From: Eledone cirrhosa | Taxonomy: Eukaryota | Assembly: GCA_964016885.1 (NCBI GenBank) | Contig: OZ024756.1 | Span: 37,696,001-37,760,000, forward strand | DNA length: 64,000 nucleotides | Reading direction: 5' to 3' | Shown: one piece after another, positions 55,771 to 64,000 of the stretch | How the letters are laid out: the number at the start of each line of letters is the position of its first letter | Numbering within the stretch: position 1 is the first letter of the stretch | Made by a program: the position numbers and the translations under genes | The notes under the pieces: generated by a model | The model's input: the letters and a program-made list of their open reading frames with translations, nothing else | Database searches by the model: none | Told to the model about the DNA's origin: nothing

Positions 55771-56941
55771 ACTGCTTTTCTGGTGACTAGAGGCAGGATT
55801 TGAACTCAAAATGAACAGATCTGGAACAGATGCTGATTTAAGGAATTGGTTATGAGGGTTATGGTTATAATGATGATTGTGATGATGGTGATGATAGACA
55901 TGCTGATCACAGTCACGATGATGATGATGATGATGATGATTATGTTAATGATCATATTTTTTTTTTCTCACTCTCTTTATTTTTTTTCTGTTTTATTTTA
56001 ATTCTTCAAATATGGTAATCTTCATGTTGAAAGCTAAATAACTGAGAATTTATAGAAGACAAGTGAAGTCATTGCACATTACATAAATGCAGCTGTTGTA
56101 CACCACACTGCACCAGTGCAGTTGTTGCACAGTACACAGGTTCACTTCATACCCACCACCTCACATGTTTACTATGTAAGGATTTCATTAAGCTACAAGT
56201 ATAGATACTGGGCCAGTTGGTTGGTTGAAATTAATTGAAAATCATAGAATGTATTTCATTAGAAATATGGTAACAAAAGAGTTAAAGTATTTATATTTAT
56301 CTAAAAACTTTCCATCATAATTTTATGTAAGCATCTTTGTTAGTTATGTTACAAATATCAGCTTAATAATGAGAATATATCCATCAAAATTTTTGATTAT
56401 TTTCAAAATTAATTTAAAATTGTAAGTAATGTTCTTTCATGGTAACAAAGAGGTTAAAAAAAAGAGAAAAAAACTATCAGTAAAACCCCATTAATTTGCA
56501 TAATTAATTGTTACAATCAATAGTTTGTTAATTATTGACCATATTTTTCATCTTCATTTATGAGGATATATTGATCATTAAGGAATTGATATTGTAAAAT
56601 ACGTGGAAATTAAAAAAAAATGTTATTTATAAATTGATAAAAATAAAGATGTAATTTTTAAAAAATTATATTTTATTATATTTTAATTAATTAATACATG
56701 ATTAATTGCGATGGAAATCATTTATGATAGTATTATAATATCTTAGGTTGTGTTGTGGTTGTAGATTAACTGGTTTTCTTTTGTTCTTGTTGTTGATGTC
56801 AGCATAAAAGACACTTGCTAAATGTAAACCTTCATGTGTGTTTAAATGTTTACATCTATGAAACTTATGGTAATGTGTAAAAAACTCAAACTGCTAAAAT
56901 GTGTGTGTATATATATATATTTATATATTTAATATAGAAAT

Positions 56942-56992
56942 GGCTTCTACAGGACTAGAACTGTTTCATTCGGGAGAAATCATCAGGAAGCC
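56942..56992 (-). ncRNA. Type I hammerhead ribozyme motif (minus-strand copy)
   Basis: GGCTTC-CTGATGA-TTTC(TCCC)GAAT-GAAA-CAG(TTCTAGTC)CTG-TA-GAAGCC. Confidence 0.75.
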
Positions 56993-57021
56993 GACTGTCA
57001 CACCATATTACTTGGATAGCC

Positions 57022-57072
57022 GGCTTCCTGATGATTTCTCTCGAATGAAACAGTTCTAGTCCTGTAGAAGCC
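57022..57072 (+). ncRNA. Type I hammerhead ribozyme motif
   Basis: GGCTTC-CTGATGA-TTTC(TCTC)GAAT-GAAA-CAG(TTCTAGTC)CTG-TA-GAAGCC; predicted GUA cleavage after 57066. Confidence 0.75.
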
Positions 57073-57167
57073 ATTTTTATATTAAATATTTATACTCTGC
57101 TATGTATTGAGTACCTTACTTATTGTGGTTACCCCCGATTGAACCAAGGATAATGATTTCCACCCAT

Positions 57168-57357
57168 TGTGGATTGGCAGTATCGGTAGAGGGTCGGACG
57201 CCATGCTTTGCAGCAAAGAGTTACGGTCCTTTATGGTCTGAGTTCAAATCCTACCGAGGTTAACTTTGCCTTTCATCCTTACGGGGTCGATAAAATAAAG
57301 TACCAGTAATACACTGGGATAATTGCTGGCCTTGTGCCAAAAAAGTAGAAACAATTA
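57168..57357 (+). mobile_element. SINE family A, full length
   Basis: Matches 23270-23460. Confidence 0.85.
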
Positions 57358-57613
57358 TATAAATATATATATATATATATAGTTCAATAAATAGAGGTAC
57401 AAAAAGTCTTATTAGTTTCATACTTTATATTGAAAAGAGGAAAGACAGTTTAACTTATAGGGCTTAAGCCCTTCTTCAGGGGTACAAAATAGAGACAGGA
57501 TCACAATGGAGAAACAGAAAAAGGTCCAGAAAGACAAAAAAAAAATCGGAAATGTGGGGTGGGATTATACAGTTGGATGCCATTCCTAACACCTACCACT
57601 TTGCAAAGTGTAC

Positions 57614-57647
<34 letters not shown>

Positions 57648-59014
57648 CATACATATAATTGTTTCTACTTTTGGCACAAGGCCTGCAATTATCTCAGTGT
57701 ATTACAGGTACTTTATTTTACCCCGTAAGGATAAAAAGCAAAGTTAACCATGGCGGGACCCTAACCCTAACCCTTGCTAAACAATAATGATGATTTCTCA
57801 TGAAAGACACTGCATATCATTTTCAAAATCATTTTAGAAATTATCAAATATTATCCAAGTACCCTGGGCAATGTAGTTTCAGAATATATATGGTTATGGG
57901 GTCTATCTCCAAAACCATAGGAGGAGTTGAGTTTGTGAACAAACAAACAACCAGACAGGAATACAACTTTATATATAGAGATTTGGCAGAATTTAGAAAT
58001 CTAAGTAACTTTTCATTATTTAGTTGGTGTTTGGAACATAACTTAAAACAGGTTCTTTTTTAGAATTATGAAGGAAGGTTTTTAGATGAATATGTGTGGT
58101 ATTAACTGGTTTAAATGCACACAGAGGCCAGATAGTGCTGTTGGTGTTAAACTGGGTGGGGGCTGGATTGAGTGTACCACCCAAGTAGGCCACAACAGGG
58201 GCTGTGTACAGTCTTTATTTATGTAGAGGGGGGCCATGATAGAGGGAGAGAGAGGGCCATGATAGAGGAAGGAGAGTCTACCCTCTAACCACCCACTTTC
58301 CTATGGTATGTGAATGTTGTGAGAGATTTATGACTGTGATAACATCTTGTGTTTTAGAAAGACAAGTTTAATAAGGTGGTGGTGGTGGTGTTGGAGGTGG
58401 TAGTGGTGGTATTGATAGTGTTGGAAGTGGTGGTGGTGGTGGTGGGGGTATTGATAATGTTGGAAGTGGTGGTGGTGTTAGTTGTGTTGGAGGTGTTGGT
58501 TGATGTTTGTGTTGGTGCTGATGGTGTTGGCAGTGATGTTGTTGCTGGTGGTGGTGGTGGTGTAGGCTGTGTTGGAAGTACTGGTGGTGGTATTGGAGAT
58601 GGTAGTGGGGGTGTTGATAATGTTGGTGGTGGTGGTGGTGGTGGTAGTGTCGATAGTGTTGGAGGTGTTAGTGGTGGTGTTGGTATTGGTACTGTGTTGG
58701 TTGATGTTATGTTAGCAGTGATGTTGTTGCTGGTGGTGTTGATGATATTAGTGTTAGTGTTGGTGTTGCTGATGGTGGTGGGAATGTGGTGGTGTGGGTG
58801 TTGTTTAATGATGAAAAATAAGGTAGAAAATATCTTTTTGAAAGGGAAATATAAACATCACCTGATATCACATCTCCCTTACATACTGTTGAGGTATTGA
58901 AGGAGGGGGGGGGGGTTATACAGTTGGGTGCCATTCCTATCACCAACCACTTTGCAAAGTGTAGTAAGCGTGTGGTGCGTGTGTGTGTGTGTGTGTGCAT
59001 ATATATATATATCT

Positions 59015-59190
59015 CAAAATGGAGGCAGTAAAAACTAGTTAGACCATTACTCACCAGAGTACTCGAAACTTGAGATAATAGAGTGGGTAATATGAAAAAA
59101 AATTCAGGAGCTCTGGCTGTTTCAACAGATAGATCGGATCTAGCTGTTGAAATGGCCGGAGCTCAGCTGTTGGGGTCCTGAATTTGTTCA
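59015..59190 (-). mobile_element. Fold-back family copy (arm as at 61139, tail as at 40085-40151)
   Basis: Arm sequence matches 61141-61260; tail matches 40100-40150; (TA)n on both sides. Confidence 0.7.
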
Positions 59191-59251
59191 TATATATATA
59201 TATATATATATATATAACGATGATATAGACCCTACCACAAAAGGTAGACCA

Positions 59252-59293
<42 letters not shown>

Positions 59294-59378
59294 TCAGTAC
59301 ACTTTGTAAAGTGGTTGGTATATATATATATATATTTATATTAGACCAGATCCAAGTAATTGTAATGTGTGTGTATCC

Positions 59379-59803
59379 ATGGCGGGTAAAATTCCCGAGA
59401 TCCATGGATGAGTTCTCTCCAGCGGTCTCTGTCCTTCATTATCGCTGCCATGTCCTGCATCTCCAACAGACCAGTGTCTGTCCTTAGGGCATCAACATAC
59501 GTTAACCTTGGTCTTCCTCTTCCAGTGTGTCCATGTAGGGGCTCCCACAGGAGCACTGAGTGCAGTGTCAACTCTGGATGTCGGTGAGCATGTCCAGCTA
59601 ACCTCAGTCTCCCCTGTGTCACTTTTGAGCTGACTTTTGGGAGGCTCCTATACAGCTCTGAGTTTTTCATCCTCAGTGAATACTGATTAATGTTCAGAGC
59701 CATCCTCAGCATTCTCGTGTAGCACCCATCCACCATCTGAGTGAGCTTCTTGGTCAGTGTCCAAGTCTCAGACCCGTACAGCAGCACAGACTCCACTACA
59801 GCA
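59379..59803 (-). mobile_element. RTE-clade LINE ORF2 3' fragment, open frame
   Basis: AVVESVLLYGSETWTLTK...MLRMALNI...RLRLAGHAHR...[11 protein letters not shown]...RDRWRE. Confidence 0.92.
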
Positions 59804-60624
59804 ATGTGTGTGTGTGTGTGTATAAATATGTGAATGTATATATGTGTTGCATGTAAGAGTGTATGTGTGTGTGTGTTTGAGTATAAATGTGTATAAATAT
59901 GTGTATGTGAATATATGCTTGTGTAAGTGAAATGGATTTCCAATAATTTAATTATTCCATTGATTAAATATTTATTGGTAAAACATATTGATCCTCTGTT
60001 CTTTCTATAGACTCCATATACCATTTCACATGGACTCTTACAATTTTCGGGGCAGATGTCTTCATTATTTTCAATACTTTTACCCCTCTCAATATTTTTA
60101 GTGGGCAGACATTTTATCCATTATCAATGCCTAAGAACACCCCTCCATTTTGTCTTTTTTGGCGGGTGGCAGTGGAGGTAGTTGTGTGTAATTACTTTTC
60201 TTCTTCTTGCTGCTATTGTTGTTGTTGTTCTTCTTCTTCTTCTTTTTCTTTTTCTTTTTCTTTTTCTTTTTCTTTTTCTTTTTCTTTTTCTTTTTCTTTT
60301 TCTTCTTCTTCACCATCATCCCCACCATCATCACCACCACTATCATCATCACCACCACCGCCACCACTACTATCACCACCACCACTACCACCATCACTAC
60401 CACCACCATCACCATCATCATTGTATTATTATCTTTTCCTATGTAGTTAATGAAACAGCCGGAGAATTTCCAGATTTTTCCTATCGTAATTTAATTAATC
60501 AATTTATCAATTTACGTATCATATCCTAGCTAGAGTACACAAACCAAGATAGATAGATATTTCTATTTGAAGAAGAAACAGATTATATATATAATATATA
60601 TTTTTATATATATATATACATATA

Positions 60625-60685
<61 letters not shown>

Positions 60686-60691
<6 letters not shown>

Positions 60692-61105
60692 TTCAAAATA
60701 TTAACAAAATATATTCTTGTGATCAAGTATATTTTATTATACATATTTCAGAGGTACTGAGTTTACTTCAACAGTACGTCCTCATCAGATAAAATAAGAT
60801 GATGCATGACATACCCTGACATAGTAGATGGTTAAGATTCAGTCATGGTAGAACTTCAACAGTCTTAACCATCTACTATGTCAGGGTGTCATGCATCTTA
60901 TTTTATCTGATGAGGACGTACTGTTGAAGTTAACTCAGTACCTCTGAAATATGTATAATAAAATATACTTGATCACAAGAATATCTATTTTGTTAATATT
61001 TTGAATTAATATTAATAACTCCGGAAAAACATTTTGTTGAGTGCTTCCAATCTATTGTAAAACTCATTCTTTGATTTATTCATTGAACCTTGTTTAACCT
61101 TTAAA
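60686..61105. mobile_element. Fold-back element (IR 60686-61011) with hammerhead-like cores in both arms plus tail
   Basis: ~145-bp arms; CTGATGA at 60907, long stem II, GAAA at 60946; tail hairpin at 61018-61042; (TA)n flanks. Confidence 0.7.
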
Positions 61106-61138
61106 TATATATATATATATATATGTTTTATGTAATAT

Positions 61139-61340
61139 ATAGGAAAAGAGCCAGGACCCCGACAGCTGAGCTCCGGCCATTTCAACAGCTGAATCCGAAC
61201 TCTTCGTATCTAGCTGTCAAAACAGCCAGAGCTCAGCCGTCGGGGTTCTGACTATTTTCCTATTACCCACTCTACTACCCTAAGTATTGAGTACTCTGGT
61301 GCGTTATGGTCCACCTGGTATCTTACCACACCTTCTTTGT
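61139..61340. mobile_element. Fold-back element (IR 61139-61263 plus tail)
   Basis: ~52-bp arms; tail hairpin at 61269-61292; (TA)n flanks. Confidence 0.7.
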
Positions 61341-61371
<31 letters not shown>

Positions 61372-61494
61372 CATCATCATCATCATCATCATCATCATTT
61401 AACGTCCATCTTCCACGCTTGCATGGGTTTGGACGGGAGTTTTCCCACTTGAGGCAAGATTGGTTATCCTGCTCGTATAGGTCTGTCTGGCAGG

Positions 61495-61537
<43 letters not shown>

Positions 61538-61915
61538 GGTGTGTGGCTGAGTGTTTAGGGAATTGGATTTGCAATCATGAGGTTGTGAGATTGATTCCTG
61601 GACCGTGCGATGCATTATGTCCTTGAGACATGACATCAATATAACAGGTCTATATAATATATATGTGCGTATGCATATATATTCTTATAAAGATTACGTT
61701 CTTAGAACCTTCAGAGAAGAAACATCATTGTCTTTAATGGTGTTGCTGGATCATCGTCCTTGTTATCAATACCAATAAATGTAATGAAGGAGTAATCAAT
61801 CGTCCTTGTTATCTTTTCAATATATTACACTGTATAGCTCTACACCTCATCACAGAAGTGAACCTAAACATCGAGTGCCCACCCGGGTGAACCTGCAGTA
61901 ACTCCAAGTTACACT

Positions 61916-61961
<46 letters not shown>

Positions 61962-61966
<5 letters not shown>

Positions 61967-62834
61967 CCTGGCTAAGACCAAAGTTCTAGTTTGTAGGAAA
62001 GAAAACAAGGCGGCGGTCCCTTCTGGGAAATGGTCGTGCTCGGTGTGTAGGAAAGGCGTAGGTAGAAACTCCATCTTATGTCCTAAATGCAAAGTATGGG
62101 TGCATAAAAGATGTAGTGGGATCACAGGTAAGCTAACTAAGAACATAGACTTTACATGTGGCCGGTGTTCTGGTGCAATAAGTAGCAGCAAGTGCCCACA
62201 AAATACTAGCTCTTTCAATTGCGCAGAGGGTTCTATAGAAATAGTGGACAGCTTCCGTTACCTGGGCGATAAAATCAGCAGTGGGGGAGGGTGCTCTGAA
62301 AGTACTGTAGCTAGAGTCAGAACTGGTTGGAAAAAGTTCAGAGAGCTTATACCACTATTAGCTGCTAAAGGGTTCTCCCTAAAAATGAAAGGCAGGTTGT
62401 ACGATGCCTGCATACGAACAGCAATGTTGCATGGTAGTGAGACCTGGGCATTGTGTGCAGAGGATATACGCAGACTAGAGAGGAACGAAGCTTGCATGCT
62501 CCGCTGGATGTGTAACAGTAATATACGTGAACGGCAAAGCATAAACGAACTAAGGAAAAAATTAGAGATAAGAGGGATCAGATGTTGTTTACTCGAGAGA
62601 AGGCTGCGTTGGTATGGACACGTGATGCGCATGAAAGTCGATAGCTGTATTACAAAGTGCAGGGCAATAAAGATAGACGGTAGCCACGGAATAGGCAGAC
62701 CTAGAAAAACATGGGATGAGCTGATAAACTCCGACCTCACACACTTACACCTCTCCAAGACAATGTCACTGGACCGTGACCTTTGGCGGTACTCAGTAAC
62801 AGAGAAGACCCGCCTTGCCAGTAGGCATCTCTAA
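61962..62834 (+). CDS. 5'-truncated RTE-clade LINE ORF2 (end of RT, PHD finger, C-terminal domain)
   Basis: Uninterrupted frame INLAKTKVL...C4HC3...EIVDSFRYLG...LYDACIRTAMLHGSETW...RRLRWYGHVMR...GRPRKTW. Confidence 0.9.
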
Positions 62835-63190
62835 CAAACTACACCCCGTCCCGCCACCACCCCCACCCCATCCACACCACCCCGTTCTATGTAAAGTTAT
62901 GTTGGTGCCGCGCCATCCAGGCCGAAACAAATGAGATCGTGTAGGTGTCACGACAAAAAACACACAGTCCACGCTGTAATGTGGCCGTGTAGGCAACACG
63001 GTAAAAACCTCCCAGACCCACACTGTAAATGTGGTTGGTGTTAGGAAGGGCATCCAACTGTAGAAAACCTGCCAGACAGTTCTATGCGAGCAAGACAATC
63101 ACTCTTGCCTCAAGTGGGACTACCCCCGTCCAAACCCATGCAAGCGTGGAACACGGACGTTAAACGTTGATGATGATGATGATGATGATG
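62835..63190 (+). mobile_element. 3'UTR and (GAT)n tail of the RTE LINE
   Basis: Follows the ORF stop, ends in (gat)n, and is shared with 9160-9515 and the SINE B tails. Confidence 0.85.
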
Positions 63191-63204
63191 ATATATATAT
63201 ATGT

Positions 63205-63513
63205 GTATGTAAAAGGTAAACAGAAACAACACAATCGGTACAGTATATGGAAGAAATATATTAGGTTAACGCTTGAAATAGCAGGAAGAGGGTCTTAACG
63301 TTTCGGACGCTAGTCCTTCATCAGAAGAAAGTATGAGAAATAAGATAGATTGAAGGGGCGGGCGGATTGGAATTGGAAAAAATGTCTTCAGATAAAAATA
63401 ACAGGTCTATTCATGTTGACATCTCTTTTGGATTTTCACCCCGAAACTGGATACCAACCCGGAGTATACCTGAACTTCCACCAGGAAATCTTTTGTATCA
63501 CTGAAATTTTCTT

Positions 63514-63520
<7 letters not shown>
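63205..63520 (-). mobile_element. Penelope-like 3' end with minimal hammerhead (63293-63328)
   Basis: Reverse-complement copy of 18948-19175 extending further 5'; hammerhead core identical. Confidence 0.65.
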
Positions 63521-63587
<67 letters not shown>

Positions 63588-63745
63588 AATTTAAGAAGGG
63601 CATCCAGCCGTGGGACCCAAGCCAAGATCAGCCCTCTGTGAGCGAAACACAGTCCTCCGACCTGATCTCTTACAAAGGGACAGCCTGTCCTACCCATGCT
63701 AGCGGGGAAAATGGAGATTAAATGATGATGATGATGATGATGATG

Positions 63746-63807
<62 letters not shown>

Positions 63808-63961
63808 AGACCCAGGTTCAATCAGGGATAACCACAATAAGAAAGATTATATATATATATCAATATATACATACATACATACATACATACATACACACAT
63901 ACATACATGCATACACACACACACACACATACATACACACACACACACATACATACATACA

Positions 63962-63997
<36 letters not shown>

Positions 63998-64000
63998 TAC

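Larger units (their letters stand above)
56925..57150. mobile_element. Fold-back element with two opposed hammerheads plus tail
   Basis: IR 56925-57089; tail hairpin at 57094-57112; tail end recurs at 63805-63845 (-). Confidence 0.7.

Overview
This is eukaryotic, repeat-saturated, essentially non-coding DNA. The extreme (TA)n/(CA)n/(GAT)n microsatellite load, RTE LINEs and tRNA-derived SINEs suggest a coleoid cephalopod such as Octopus (inference). Nearly all ORFs in the track are microsatellite artefacts. Supportable content: RTE, CR1 and L2-like LINE fragments, including a young RTE 3' end with a C4HC3 PHD finger inside ORF2; several tRNA-SINE families; piggyBac-, hAT- and Tc1/mariner-type MITEs; minisatellites; a CpG-rich promoter-like island near 23.5-24.5 kb; and a few weak exon candidates. 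The most interesting signal is a set of short fold-back elements from apparently unrelated sequence families, mostly sitting in or next to (TA)n. Several carry type I hammerhead ribozyme motifs, and several share a covarying bulged stem-loop (RCUC-stem-loop-UU-GAGY) just outside the inverted arm. They are interpreted as Penelope-like retroelement end remnants with a common cis signal. Coordinates of degenerate repeats are approximate.
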